From NCBI GenBank assembly GCA_902592345.1, contig CACJEE010000003.1, positions 2,312 through 66,311 on the forward strand: DNA of 64,000 nucleotides. Reading direction: 5' to 3'. The translations under genes and the position numbers were made by a program. Shown piece by piece: positions 10,201-20,555 of the stretch (position 1 is the first letter of the stretch; every line of letters begins with the position of its first letter). The notes under the pieces are model-generated. The model did not search any database, had not been told where the DNA came from, and saw only the letters and a list, made by a program, of their open reading frames with translations. The stretch is from an uncultured Alphaproteobacteria bacterium (GTDB lineage: Bacteria; Pseudomonadota; Alphaproteobacteria; HIMB59; GCA-002718135).

Positions 10201-10746
10201 TTAAGGAAGAGGAGCTGGCTTATCAGATTGCTCTCTTAGAAATAATACCAGGTTAGCTCTATCTTGAACATTTTTTAAACCAGAAAAGTTCATCTTAGTC
10301 CCCTTTATATATTCTTTTGGTTTATACAAAAATAAAGCTAATTCTTCATAACCCCATTGACCACCAAATTCAGCTAATTCTTTTGAATATGCGAAACCTT
10401 CTACATTAGCTTTAGGGCTATTAATTAGATTCCATAAATTTGGACCAACTTTATTTGCGCCTTCTTTTTTGTATGTATGGCATGCACTGCATTTTTTAAA
10501 AATTTTTTGACCTTTATCAAATGAGCCATTTGCCAATATTAATGAGATAGGCTCTATAACTTCTTCTTCTGAATCAGATCCAGAAACATTGTTAAAAGTT
10601 TCTGGGACTTCAATCTTATAAGCTGTTTGAAGCATTTCTGTATCATTAAGATCAATAATAAAATTACCTAAATGGCCTATAGCTTTGACCACAATAAGAG
10701 ATAATATGATGGAAGCCAAAATTTTGTTAACTTCAAGTCCAGACAT
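10201..10746 (-). CDS. Membrane-anchored class I cytochrome c
   Basis: 'CSACH' heme-binding motif with an N-terminal TM anchor. I place the start at the internal Met ('MSGLEVNK...', ATG at 10746), because the 250-aa ORF extension runs antisense into kdsB. Confidence 0.8.
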   Translation of the reverse strand: MSGLEVNKILASIILSLIVVKAIGHLGNFIIDLNDTEMLQTAYKIEVPETFNNVSGSDSEEEVIEPISLILANGSFDKGQKIFKKCSACHTYKKEGANKVGPNLWNLINSPKANVEGFAYSKELAEFGGQWGYEELALFLYKPKEYIKGTKMNFSGLKNVQDRANLVLFLREQSDKPAPLP

Positions 10747-10837
10747 GTATAAAACATCTATATAGATTTTTTTTGAAATGAATAGAATTGAAAACAACCA
10801 ACAAAAAATTAAATATAGCTTAATTGTCGCATAATTT

Positions 10838-11575
10838 ATGAAAACAGCAATTATTATACCATCTAGAATGTCATCAAAACGCTTCCCCAATAAGCCTATG
10901 GCTAAAATTAATGGAATTCCAATGATAGAGCGAGTTTGGAAGCAGGGAGTCAACTCAAAAATAGGAGACGTTTATGTTGCTTGCAGTGAGGACGAAGTAT
11001 TTAATTTAATTAGTTCAAAAGGAGGTAAGGCAATAATGACTGACCCTAATTTACCTTCAGGCACTGACAGAGTATTTGCTGCTTTCAATTTGCTAGATAA
11101 TAAAGATGAATATGAAAGTATTATTAATCTTCAAGGTGATATGCCTCTTATCGACTCTATTAATATTCAAAGTGTAAATATACCTCTAGAAAATGGATAT
11201 GATATTGGCACAATAGCAACTGATATATCAAGCGAAGAAGAAAAAAATGAAAATATTACAAAAGTTTCTATAGATTGGAAAGAAGCAGATGTTGTTGGTA
11301 ATAGTTTAGATTTTTACAAATTTTCAACAAAACAAACATCAAATATTTATCAACATGTTGGAATTTATAGTTTTAAACCAATTGCTTTAAGAAAATTTGT
11401 TTCCTTGCCTGCTTCTAAAAATGAAATAGATAGAAAATTGGAGCAATTAAGAGCAATTGATGCAGGTATTAAAATTGGAATAACTTATGTAGAAAATGTT
11501 CCAATTAGTGTAGATACGTTGGAAGATTTAATTTTAATAGAAAATATTTTAAATAATAGAGATGAAAACAAATAA
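10838..11575 (+). CDS. kdsB: 3-deoxy-manno-octulosonate cytidylyltransferase (CMP-KDO synthetase)
   Basis: 'IIPSRMSSKRFPNKPMAKINGIPMI' N-terminus and 'LQGDMPL' motif. Confidence 0.9.
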   Translation: MKTAIIIPSRMSSKRFPNKPMAKINGIPMIERVWKQGVNSKIGDVYVACSEDEVFNLISSKGGKAIMTDPNLPSGTDRVFAAFNLLDNKDEYESIINLQGDMPLIDSINIQSVNIPLENGYDIGTIATDISSEEEKNENITKVSIDWKEADVVGNSLDFYKFSTKQTSNIYQHVGIYSFKPIALRKFVSLPASKNEIDRKLEQLRAIDAGIKIGITYVENVPISVDTLEDLILIENILNNRDENK

Positions 11576-12401
11576 TTTTGCTTTCCAGGGAGTTCATGGC
11601 GCCTATAGTGAGCAAGCTGGTAAAAATGTTTTTCCAAATGCAAGTAGTGTACCGTGTGCAACATTTGAAGAAATGTTTGCTTGTGTCAGGGATGGTCAAG
11701 CTGACATTGCATTAGTTCCAATAGAAAATTCTCAAGCAGGGAGAGTTGCTGATACCCAAAGATTGATACCAGATTCTGATTTAAATATTATTGGAGAATA
11801 TTTTTTAGAAGTAAGGCATAATTTATTAGTAATACCTGGAGCTAAAATCAATGATGTAAAAAGAATACATAGTCATGAACAAGGTATAGCACAATGTAGA
11901 AATAAAATAATTAAACTCAATAAGGAAATGGTTATAGCAGCTGACACAGCAGGTTCAGCAAAAAAGATATCAAAACTGAATAAAAAAGAAGATGCTGCTA
12001 TAGCATCAGCTCTTGCTGCAGAAATATATAATTTAGAGATTCTTGAAGAAAATTTTCAAGATGCTCAATATAATGTTACCAGGTTTTTAATTATGTCAAA
12101 ACATAAGAGTGGCATAGAATCTAATGATAGTGATCTTTTAACAACTCTTGTATTTGTAGTTAGAAGTATTCCTGCATCTTTGTATAAATGTCTAGGAGGT
12201 TTTGCTAGTAATGGAATAAACATAACAAAATTAGAAAGCTATATTCATCCACAAGGTTTTGATGTTGCGCAATTCTATATTGATTTTGAAGGACATCCAG
12301 ATGATAAATCGGTAAAATTGGCATTTGAAGAAATGAAATTTTTTTGCAAAGAAATTAAAGTCCTAGGTGTTTATAAAAAGTCTGAATTTAGAAAAAAATA
12401 A
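11562..12401 (+). CDS. pheA: Prephenate dehydratase
   Basis: PDT domain with 'NVTRFLIM' and a C-terminal ACT-like domain. 14-nt overlap with kdsB. Confidence 0.9.
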   Translation: MKTNNFAFQGVHGAYSEQAGKNVFPNASSVPCATFEEMFACVRDGQADIALVPIENSQAGRVADTQRLIPDSDLNIIGEYFLEVRHNLLVIPGAKINDVKRIHSHEQGIAQCRNKIIKLNKEMVIAADTAGSAKKISKLNKKEDAAIASALAAEIYNLEILEENFQDAQYNVTRFLIMSKHKSGIESNDSDLLTTLVFVVRSIPASLYKCLGGFASNGINITKLESYIHPQGFDVAQFYIDFEGHPDDKSVKLAFEEMKFFCKEIKVLGVYKKSEFRKK

Positions 12402-12456
12402 ACATAAAAGTTAAATCACAAGTTATTTTTTCATTCTTTAATGATATAGTATATAT

Positions 12457-12544
12457 GGAAGGTTTGAGGGCGAGTATCTTGTTAATTCAGTCAGGTCTGA
12501 AAAGAAGCAGCTGTACCAAGTCTATTCGGGTCTTATAACCTTCC
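12457..12544 (+). ncRNA. ffs: Signal recognition particle RNA (small bacterial 4.5S type)
   Basis: 'tcaggtctgaaaagaagcagc' matches the conserved SRP domain IV motif (E. coli CAGGUCCGGAAGGAAGCAGCC). The termini 'ggaaggtt' and 'aaccttcc' pair to close a hairpin. Located just upstream of dnaX. Confidence 0.85.
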
Positions 12545-12553
12545 TTATAAATT

Positions 12554-14239
12554 ATGACAGAAAATATTAAATATAAAGTACTTGCCAGAAAATATAGGCC
12601 ACAAACTTTCGCTGATTTAATTGGACAAGAGACTTTGGTTCAGATTTTAACTAATGCAATAACTACTAATAGAATTGCAAATGCATATCTTTTAACTGGT
12701 GTTCGCGGAGTTGGAAAAACAACAACGGCAAGACTAATTGCAATGAGTTTAAATTGTCAAAATAGGAAGGAAGACAGTTGTGAGCCATGTGGAAATTGTG
12801 ATTCATGTAAATCTATAAGATCTGATCATAATTTAGATGTTATTGAAATGGATGCTGCTAGCAAAACTGGGGTTGATGACGTTCGAGAAATTATTGATAA
12901 TGTAAAATACAAACCTGTAAATAGTTTATTTAAAATTTTTATTATTGATGAAGTGCATATGCTTTCTAAAAGTGCATTTAATGCTTTATTAAAAACATTA
13001 GAAGAGCCTCCTGAGCATGTAAAGTTTATTTTTGCTACGACGGAGGTTAAAAAAATTCCAGTAACAATTTTATCTAGATGCCAACGCTTTGATCTCAAAA
13101 GAGTTGATTCAGAAAACTTAGCTGAACATATAAAAAAAATTTCAAGCCTTGAGAAAGTTAAAATTGATGATGATGCTATTGCATTATTAGTAAGAGCGGG
13201 TGATGGATCAGTTAGAGACTCCATAAGCTTACTTGATCAAGCAATTATTAACGACGATATAGCAGTTACAGCTGACACAGTAACAAGTATGCTGGGACTA
13301 GCTGATAGAGGTAAGATTTATGATCTTGTTGAAAATATTACTAAAGGCAATACTTCTAATTCTTTGATTATTTATAGAGATTTATATAATTCAGGTGCTG
13401 ATATTTTGATGATTTTTGAAGAATTATTAAATATTATTCACTCCATAACACAAATTAAAATTTCTCCTGATATAATAAATAACATTGCTGTACCTGAAAT
13501 TGAAAGAGTTAGAGGAATGAATTTTGCTAGCCAATTATCCATGAACTCTCTTGGTGTTATGTGGCAAGTTCTTTTCAAAGGTTTCCAAGAATTACAGAAT
13601 GGATATCATCTTTTTCAGCTTGGAGAAATGGTGATAATACGATTAATATATATAAATAACAAACTAAACCCTGAAGAGTATACTAAAGAAATACCACCTA
13701 AAAATGATATTAATAATCAATCAGACTCTAAACATCAGGAAATAAAAAAAAAAATTGATTTAAATCATAATCAAAAACCAGTTGCCCCCTCTAAATTAAA
13801 TGAAACAACTGAATCCTCTCTAATAAAAATTTCTAATTTTAGACAATTTGTTGATCTTTTTTATAGCAAAAAGGAGGGTTTACTTCATACTCAACTATAT
13901 AATTCAGTTAAATTAATTTCGTTTAAAGAAGGTGAGATTGTTGTAAATACTTCATTAGTTAGAGATCAACATTTTAACCGTAATGTAGCCAAACTAATTT
14001 CTAAATGGACAGGCAGAATTTGGCAAATTCATTCTTCGGATAGTAATATTGGAAGTTCATTAAGTGAAGAAGATGTTGTTAATCAACAAAATGAAATAAA
14101 AACTATGAAAAACCATCCTAAGGTAAAAAAAATACTAGAAGCTTTTCCAGGTTTGAGTATTCATTCTATTACTGATATTACAGACACTGTTGATGAAACA
14201 ATTGATGAATTTAATTTAGAAAATAAAAAGGAGGTATGA
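12554..14239 (+). CDS. dnaX: DNA polymerase III subunit gamma/tau
   Basis: Walker A 'GVRGVGKTTTAR', Zn module 'CEPCGNCDSCKSI' and 'SRCQRF'. Confidence 0.95.
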   Translation: MTENIKYKVLARKYRPQTFADLIGQETLVQILTNAITTNRIANAYLLTGVRGVGKTTTARLIAMSLNCQNRKEDSCEPCGNCDSCKSIRSDHNLDVIEMDAASKTGVDDVREIIDNVKYKPVNSLFKIFIIDEVHMLSKSAFNALLKTLEEPPEHVKFIFATTEVKKIPVTILSRCQRFDLKRVDSENLAEHIKKISSLEKVKIDDDAIALLVRAGDGSVRDSISLLDQAIINDDIAVTADTVTSMLGLADRGKIYDLVENITKGNTSNSLIIYRDLYNSGADILMIFEELLNIIHSITQIKISPDIINNIAVPEIERVRGMNFASQLSMNSLGVMWQVLFKGFQELQNGYHLFQLGEMVIIRLIYINNKLNPEEYTKEIPPKNDINNQSDSKHQEIKKKIDLNHNQKPVAPSKLNETTESSLIKISNFRQFVDLFYSKKEGLLHTQLYNSVKLISFKEGEIVVNTSLVRDQHFNRNVAKLISKWTGRIWQIHSSDSNIGSSLSEEDVVNQQNEIKTMKNHPKVKKILEAFPGLSIHSITDITDTVDETIDEFNLENKKEV

Positions 14240-14562
14240 TGGTTAATATAGGTAATATGATGAAACAAGCACAGCAACTCCAACAAAAAATGGCAGATGC
14301 ACAAGAAAAATTAAATTCTATTGAAGTTGAAGGTGAATCTGGTGGTGGGGTAGTAAAAGTTACTGCTACTGCTAAAGGAGAAATCAAAAGAATTAACCTT
14401 GATCAAAGTTTGTTAAAACCTGAGGATAAAGAAATTACTGAAGATTTAATAGTTGCTGCTATTAATGATGCTAAACAGAAAGGTGAAGTAGCCGCACAAG
14501 AAGAAATGAAAGCTGTTACTGGAGGATTACCTTTGCCACCTGGTATGAAGTTGCCTTTTTAA
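14236..14562 (+). CDS. ybaB: Nucleoid-associated protein YbaB/EbfC
   Basis: 108 aa with the 'MMKQAQQLQQKM' N-terminus. Canonical dnaX-ybaB-recR order. Confidence 0.9.
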   Translation: MMVNIGNMMKQAQQLQQKMADAQEKLNSIEVEGESGGGVVKVTATAKGEIKRINLDQSLLKPEDKEITEDLIVAAINDAKQKGEVAAQEEMKAVTGGLPLPPGMKLPF

Positions 14563-14565
14563 ATA

Positions 14566-15165
14566 ATGGAAGGATCTGCAATAGAAAAATTAATAACTGA
14601 AGTTTCTAGACTCCCTGGTTTAGGGAGACGTTCAGCGCAAAGGATAGCTCTATATTTATTAAAAAATAAAGATCGGTCACTACTACCATTGATTCAAACA
14701 TTAGAATCTTCCCATAAACTCATTATCGAATGTTCTGAATGTGGAAATGTAGATATGTCGAATCCTTGTAATATTTGCTCAGGCTCAAATAGGGATAAGA
14801 AATCAATTTGCATCATAGAAGATGTTTCAGATTTATGGACATTCGAGAGAACAGGTTTTTATAGAGGATTATACCATGTATTAGGAGGCTCTTTATCGGC
14901 AATTAATGGTATTGGCACAGAAGAACTAACAATTAAGAAGCTGATAAAAAGAATTGAAGAAAATGAAATTACTGAAGTGATATTGGCATTAAGCACTACT
15001 ATGGAAGGTCAAACTACAACACATGTAATAGCTGATAAATTAGAAACATTCAAAAATTTAACAGTTACAAGGTTAGCACAAGGAATACCTATAGGAGGGG
15101 AGGTGCACTATTTAGATGAAAATACTCTGAATACTGCATTTCAATCCCGAAAAAAAATCATCTAG
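14566..15165 (+). CDS. recR: Recombination protein RecR
   Basis: HhH N-terminus, C4 zinc finger 'CSECGNVDMSNPCNIC' and a Toprim domain. Confidence 0.95.
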   Translation: MEGSAIEKLITEVSRLPGLGRRSAQRIALYLLKNKDRSLLPLIQTLESSHKLIIECSECGNVDMSNPCNICSGSNRDKKSICIIEDVSDLWTFERTGFYRGLYHVLGGSLSAINGIGTEELTIKKLIKRIEENEITEVILALSTTMEGQTTTHVIADKLETFKNLTVTRLAQGIPIGGEVHYLDENTLNTAFQSRKKII

Positions 15166-15174
15166 TAAGAAAAG

Positions 15175-15675
15175 ATGGAAATACTATTAGTTCCTAACGA
15201 GTTATTACGTCAAAAAGCAAACAGGCTTATTAATATTACAAGTGAAGATATTAAAATTGCTAATCAAATGATGGAAACTATGATTAAAGCACCAGGCGTT
15301 GGATTAGCAGCAAATCAGGTTGGGATATTAAAACAAATTATTACAATTAATTTTGAGGACAAGGAAAATGATAAAAGAGCTAATTACATATTATTTAACC
15401 CTTCAATAATAGAGTATTCTGAAGAAAAAGTTATTATGGAAGAAGGATGTTTATCGCTTCCTGAGCAATATGCGAACATTGAAAGGCCAAAAAAAATTAT
15501 TTTACAGTATATTGATGAAAATCAAAAAAATATAAAAAAAGAAATAGATGGTTATGAGGCCAGAATATTACAGCACGAAATAGATCATTTATCTGGAATA
15601 TTATTTGTAGATTATTTATCTTCTTTAAAAAGAAACATTATAATAAAAAAAGTGAAAAAATTGAAAAATTTATGA
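15175..15675 (+). CDS. def: Peptide deformylase
   Basis: 'GVGLAANQ', 'EGCLS' and 'HEIDH' motifs. Confidence 0.95.
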   Translation: MEILLVPNELLRQKANRLINITSEDIKIANQMMETMIKAPGVGLAANQVGILKQIITINFEDKENDKRANYILFNPSIIEYSEEKVIMEEGCLSLPEQYANIERPKKIILQYIDENQKNIKKEIDGYEARILQHEIDHLSGILFVDYLSSLKRNIIIKKVKKLKNL

Positions 15676-16595
15676 TTGATAAAAAAATAATTTTTATGGG
15701 TACGCCAGATATAGCAGCTCATCATCTAAATATTTTGATTGAAAATAAACTAAATTTAGTTGGTGTGTTTACACAGCCTCCAAGAAAAAAAAACAGAGGT
15801 ATGCGCTTAGTAGAAAGTGCAGTACATCAAATTGCAAAAAAAAATAATATAGAAATTTATTATCCTTCTAAAATTGATTACAAAGTAATTGAACAAACAA
15901 AAAGTTTAAAGCCTGATTTAATTATTGTTGTTGCCTATGGTATAATTTTGCCTACATCATTTATAAATATTCCAAAATATGGATGCATTAATATGCATGT
16001 CTCTTTATTACCGAGATGGAGAGGGGCAGCTCCTATAGAACATGCATTACTAGCAGGTGATAATAAAACTGGAATTAGTATAATTAATATTACTTCAAAA
16101 CTTGATGCAGGAGATATTCTAATGCAAGAGAGTTTTTTAATTGATCAGCATATGTACAGTGATGATTTAGCTTTAAACCTTACAAATCTTGGTAAAAAAG
16201 CAATGATAAAAACTCTACCATTGATATTTGAAAATAATATTATTGGGAAAAAACAAGATGAAACTAAAGTTACTTTTGCAAATAAATTTTTAAATAAAGA
16301 TAGAAAAATTAATTTTCATAATTCTACTGCAGATGTTTATAACCACATACGTGCACATGGACCAAAACCAGGATCATGGTTTACATATAAAGGAGAAAGA
16401 ATAAAAATAATTAAAGCAAAAAAAACTAAAGATTTTGGTCAAAGTTCAACCATTTTAAATAAAGATTTTATTATAGGTTGTAAGGATGGAGGTATTATTC
16501 CCCTACTTATACAACGAGAAGGAAAAAAAACAGTTAACCTAAATGATTTTTTAAGAGGCTTTACTTTCTCCATTCAAGATAAAGTGAATGTATAA
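15672..16595 (+). CDS. fmt: Methionyl-tRNA formyltransferase
   Basis: 'NMHVSLLPRWRGAAPI' motif. def-fmt pair with a 4-nt overlap. Confidence 0.95.
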   Translation: MIDKKIIFMGTPDIAAHHLNILIENKLNLVGVFTQPPRKKNRGMRLVESAVHQIAKKNNIEIYYPSKIDYKVIEQTKSLKPDLIIVVAYGIILPTSFINIPKYGCINMHVSLLPRWRGAAPIEHALLAGDNKTGISIINITSKLDAGDILMQESFLIDQHMYSDDLALNLTNLGKKAMIKTLPLIFENNIIGKKQDETKVTFANKFLNKDRKINFHNSTADVYNHIRAHGPKPGSWFTYKGERIKIIKAKKTKDFGQSSTILNKDFIIGCKDGGIIPLLIQREGKKTVNLNDFLRGFTFSIQDKVNV

Positions 16596-17322
16596 TTATA
16601 AAATTATTGTTGAGTATGATGGTACGAATTTTGTTGGATGGCAGCAGCAAGAAAATGGTCAATCAATACAAGCCGTTCTACAAGATGCAGCATTTAAACT
16701 TTCAGGAGAAAAAATAATAATTTTTGGAGCTGGGAGAACAGATGCAGGTGTTCACGCTTATGGTCAAGTAGCCTCTTTTACTATTAATAAAAAAATTGAA
16801 ACAGATGTAATTAGAGATGGATTAAATCAGCATTTAAGGCCTCACCTAATTTCAGTTCAAAAGGCAGAATTAGTTGATAGTAAATTTCACGCAAGATTTT
16901 CTGCAATAAAAAGATGCTACGAATATAAAATAATAAATAGAAGACCCCCACTAACTATTGATACAAATAGAGCCTGGTGTGTTTATAAAAAAATTAATGT
17001 TGAAAAAATAAAGACTGAGTCATCTTCTTTTTTAGGAAAACATGATTTAAATGCATTTCGTTCTGCTCATTGTCAATCAAAGAGCAGTGTAAAAACAATT
17101 GAAGATATTCATATTAAACATCAAGGTGAGCAAATTATTTTTAATATTTGTGCAAAATCTTTTTTACATTCTCAAGTCAGAATAATGGTAGGTACATTGG
17201 TAGATATTGCTAAAGGCAATATTAATAAAACAATTATAGATATTATTAATTCAAAGAATAGAGAAATTGCAGGTCAAACAGCACCAGCTCATGGTTTGTA
17301 TTTAAAAAAAATTGATTATTAA
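16588..17322 (+). CDS. truA: tRNA pseudouridine(38-40) synthase
   Basis: 'GAGRTDAGVHA' catalytic motif. Confidence 0.9.
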   Translation: MYNYKIIVEYDGTNFVGWQQQENGQSIQAVLQDAAFKLSGEKIIIFGAGRTDAGVHAYGQVASFTINKKIETDVIRDGLNQHLRPHLISVQKAELVDSKFHARFSAIKRCYEYKIINRRPPLTIDTNRAWCVYKKINVEKIKTESSSFLGKHDLNAFRSAHCQSKSSVKTIEDIHIKHQGEQIIFNICAKSFLHSQVRIMVGTLVDIAKGNINKTIIDIINSKNREIAGQTAPAHGLYLKKIDY

Positions 17323-17334
17323 TTATTATAATTT

Positions 17335-17613
17335 TTAATTATTACGAGACTCTAACAACTTTTTCTTAATTAATGATAATCCACTATCTTGCTTTGATTT
17401 ATAAGATTCGTTAAATGCTTCTAACTGCCATCCATTAAGACGACTCCTTAGTTCTTCAATATTACTTAATTTCCACTCGTTAGTTGTATTTTCATCTTTC
17501 CAGGTTTTTTTTTCATCATTTGATCTACCACATCCATAACAAAAACCACTTATAGGATCTGTTTTGCACACACTAATACAAGGAGATGTCACTTTTTCTT
17601 TACTCATATCCAT
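17335..17613 (-). CDS. DUF1289-family small Cys-rich (putative Fe-S) protein
   Basis: 'SPCISVCKTDPISGFCYGCGRS' matches my recollection of the DUF1289 Cys pattern. Confidence 0.65.
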   Translation of the reverse strand: MDMSKEKVTSPCISVCKTDPISGFCYGCGRSNDEKKTWKDENTTNEWKLSNIEELRSRLNGWQLEAFNESYKSKQDSGLSLIKKKLLESRNN

Positions 17614-17658
17614 TTAGATATATTTTTTTCTTTTCAATTCAAATAAAATAAAAAATTA

Positions 17659-18624
17659 ATGTCAGATTTTAGTTATTTAAATATTCAAAAAGCTTATGAA
17701 AATATAAAGCATACCCTTGATAAAACTCCATTAATTACAAATGATTACATAAACCAATTATTAGATGCAAAAGTTTATTTTAAATTAGAAAATTTACAAA
17801 AAACTGGATCATTTAAGCTTCGTGGGGCTACGAATAAAATTAGTCAATTATCTAAAGAACATAAATTAAGAGGCCTTGTTGCATATTCTTCAGGGAATCA
17901 TGCGCAGGCAGTGGCCTATGCTTCTTTGCAAGAAAATATTAGTGCAAAAATTATTATGCCAAATAATGCTCCAAAAATTAAAATTGAGAATACTAAAAAA
18001 TATAAAGCAGAAGTTATTTTATATGATCCTCAAAAAGAAATACGAGAGGAAATTGGTAAAGAGATTGAAAAGAAAGAAAATAGGATACTCATAAAACCTT
18101 ATGATGATTATGATATTATAGCTGGACAAGGAACTGCAGGATATGAAATTTCTCGAGATTTAGCAAATTTATCTATTACTCCTGATATTTATTTGTGTTG
18201 TTGCGGAGGAGGTGGTTTAATAGCAGGAACCTCAACTTATTTAAAATATAAATACCCTAATATTAAATCATTTGCTGTTGAGCCTTATGGCTTTGAGGAT
18301 ACAAAAATTTCTCTTATCAATAAAAAAATAATTTCTAATAAGCCAGGTTTTAGCTCTATCTGTGATGCAATTATTACACCTCAACCAGGTCAGTTAACTT
18401 TTCCAATAAATCTCAAAACCTTATCAGGGGGAATTGTTGTAGAAGATAATGAAGTAAAAAATTCTATTAAAATTTTAGCAGAACATTTGAAAATTATTGT
18501 TGAACCTGGAGGGGCAGTAGCCGCAACTGCTGCATTAACAAACAAAATAAACTTAAAAAATAAAACTGTAGTCGTTATGATTTCAGGTGGAAATATTGAT
18601 TTAGATAGATTTAGTAGTTTATGA
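17659..18624 (+). CDS. PLP-dependent serine/threonine dehydratase family protein
   Basis: 'SFKLRGA' PLP-lysine motif and 'GGGGLIAG' glycine loop. No C-terminal regulatory domain. Confidence 0.85.
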   Translation: MSDFSYLNIQKAYENIKHTLDKTPLITNDYINQLLDAKVYFKLENLQKTGSFKLRGATNKISQLSKEHKLRGLVAYSSGNHAQAVAYASLQENISAKIIMPNNAPKIKIENTKKYKAEVILYDPQKEIREEIGKEIEKKENRILIKPYDDYDIIAGQGTAGYEISRDLANLSITPDIYLCCCGGGGLIAGTSTYLKYKYPNIKSFAVEPYGFEDTKISLINKKIISNKPGFSSICDAIITPQPGQLTFPINLKTLSGGIVVEDNEVKNSIKILAEHLKIIVEPGGAVAATAALTNKINLKNKTVVVMISGGNIDLDRFSSL

Positions 18625-20387
18625 AAAATTCTAAAATTTCTAAAATTCAACAAAAATTAAAAGATAAAAATATAGATTCATTAATTATAAACCGAACTGA
18701 TGAGTTTTTAAATGAATATATTCCACAAGACGCAGAGAGATTATTTTGGGCTACAGATTTCTCAGGATCTGCAGGGAGAACTATAATTAGTCAAAATAAC
18801 GCAAATCTATTTGTTGATGGCAGGTATACTTTTCAAGCAAAAGAACAAATAGATAGTAGTGCTATCTCTTTATTGCATTTGAATGATTTTTCTAAAGAAT
18901 TAAATAAACATTTTGATAAAAATAAATGTCTTGCATTAGATCCTAGGCTTCACTCAATTAAAGAGGTTAATAAAATTATTGAATTAGCTAATAAAAATGA
19001 AACAAAGATACTTTTTACTACTCCTAATTTAATAGATGAACTTTGGACAGATAAGCCTGAACGTATATATAGTGCTATTTTTGATCATCCAATAAATTAT
19101 GCTGGAATTGAAACATCAAATAAAGTTGATGAATTTATCCAAGAACTAAAAAATAATCATTTAAATAGTTATTTTCTATCAAGCCTTGACTCTATTGCTT
19201 GGTTATTAAATCTAAGAGGAGATGATATTTTGCATACCCCTCTAGCATTTGCTTATTTATTTATTTCTGTTGAATATAAACCCGTTTTATACGTATGTAT
19301 TGAGAAATTAAATAAGGATTTAAAAACTAGGCTTAATGAGTTTTTAACTTTAGAGCCAATTGAAAAAATAGACAATATTTTCAATAAGCTAAGAAAAAAT
19401 TTAAAAATTGGTTTTGATTATAAAAATACATCTTATTTTTTTTATAAATTAGCTCTAGAAAATAATCACACACCTGTAAATTTACAAAACCCATGCTTAA
19501 TTCCTAAAGCAATTAAAAATGAAACTGAGCTTGAGGGTTCAAGGAAAGCTCATATTAGGGATGGAGTAAGTATTACAAAATTTTTGTGTTGGTTAAAAAA
19601 TCATCAAAATGTTGAAAAAGAGAGTGAAATTTCTGCTGCTAAAAAATTATTATCTTTTAGAAAGTCAAATGAGTTGTTCCATTCAATTTCTTTTGAATCA
19701 ATATCAGCTATTGGCAAAAATGCTGCCCTACCTCATTATCGTGCTGATAAAAATAATCCTGTAGCATTAAAAAATAATTGTATTTATTTATCTGATTCAG
19801 GTGGACAATATTACGATGGAACAACAGATATAACCCGGACTATAATTTTGGGAAAACCAAATCTAGAGCAAATAGACAGATTTACTCGAGTTTTAAAAGG
19901 ACATATTAATCTCTCAACTCATATATTTTCAAAAGGCACAAAAGGTACTGATATTGATTATTTGGCAAGAAGAAGTTTACAGGAAATCGATTGTGACTAT
20001 GATCATGGAACAGGTCATGGAATTGGAAGCTTTCTAAGTGTTCATGAGGCACCTCAACGCATCTCTAAAAAGACCATGTTTGACAGTGTTGAATTATTGC
20101 CAGGAATGATTTTGTCTAATGAACCAGGGTATTACAAAGAAGGCGAATATGGAATACGTATTGAAAATATCGTTGTTGTGCAAGATGATAAAGAAAACCA
20201 ACTTAAATTTGAAAATATTTCTTGGGCACCGATTGATAGAGATCTAATTAACCCTAATATGTTAAATGATAATGAATTAGAATGGATTAATGAATATCAT
20301 CAAGAAGTTTATGAAAAGCTTTCTAATTTTCTTACCCTAGAGGAGAAGCGTTGGTTACAGGAAGTAACTAAACCTCTCAAGCTCTAG
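18621..20387 (+). CDS. Xaa-Pro aminopeptidase (M24B, aminopeptidase P-like)
   Basis: 'HGTGHGIG', 'SNEPGYY' and 'GIRIEN' metal-ligand motifs. 588 aa with N-terminal creatinase-like domains. Confidence 0.85.
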   Translation: MKNSKISKIQQKLKDKNIDSLIINRTDEFLNEYIPQDAERLFWATDFSGSAGRTIISQNNANLFVDGRYTFQAKEQIDSSAISLLHLNDFSKELNKHFDKNKCLALDPRLHSIKEVNKIIELANKNETKILFTTPNLIDELWTDKPERIYSAIFDHPINYAGIETSNKVDEFIQELKNNHLNSYFLSSLDSIAWLLNLRGDDILHTPLAFAYLFISVEYKPVLYVCIEKLNKDLKTRLNEFLTLEPIEKIDNIFNKLRKNLKIGFDYKNTSYFFYKLALENNHTPVNLQNPCLIPKAIKNETELEGSRKAHIRDGVSITKFLCWLKNHQNVEKESEISAAKKLLSFRKSNELFHSISFESISAIGKNAALPHYRADKNNPVALKNNCIYLSDSGGQYYDGTTDITRTIILGKPNLEQIDRFTRVLKGHINLSTHIFSKGTKGTDIDYLARRSLQEIDCDYDHGTGHGIGSFLSVHEAPQRISKKTMFDSVELLPGMILSNEPGYYKEGEYGIRIENIVVVQDDKENQLKFENISWAPIDRDLINPNMLNDNELEWINEYHQEVYEKLSNFLTLEEKRWLQEVTKPLKL

Positions 20388-20393
20388 TAAGAA

Positions 20394-20555
20394 TTATGTG
20401 TAAAACTGATTATATTTACCTTTTTTATCAAGCTCACGAATTCTTTGTTCTAAATCATATGTATTAGAAGACTCAGATAGATATTTTTCAATCTTTTCTC
20501 GATCATGATCAAAAGTAAATGATTTAAAAAAATTATTAAGCAGCTTTTTTATCAT
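20394..20555 (-). CDS. Small hypothetical protein (53 aa; DUF3563-like 'YL..S...YDLE.R.RELD' motif, tentative)
   Basis: Hand-translated ORF below the ORF-track cutoff: MIKKLLNNFFKSFTFDHDREKIEKYLSESSNTYDLEQRIRELDKKGKYNQFYT. Its ATG at 20555 overlaps the 3' end of the upstream 60-aa ORF by 20 nt. Confidence 0.35.
   Translation of the reverse strand: MIKKLLNNFFKSFTFDHDREKIEKYLSESSNTYDLEQRIRELDKKGKYNQFYT

Noticed and set aside
10747-10953. N-terminal 69-aa extension of the cytochrome c ORF (250-aa version), overlapping kdsB on the opposite strand.
   Set aside because: The extension is hydrophobic low-complexity sequence antisense to a well-supported kdsB. The internal Met at 10746 gives a normal TM-anchored cytochrome c and leaves a 91-nt divergent promoter region.
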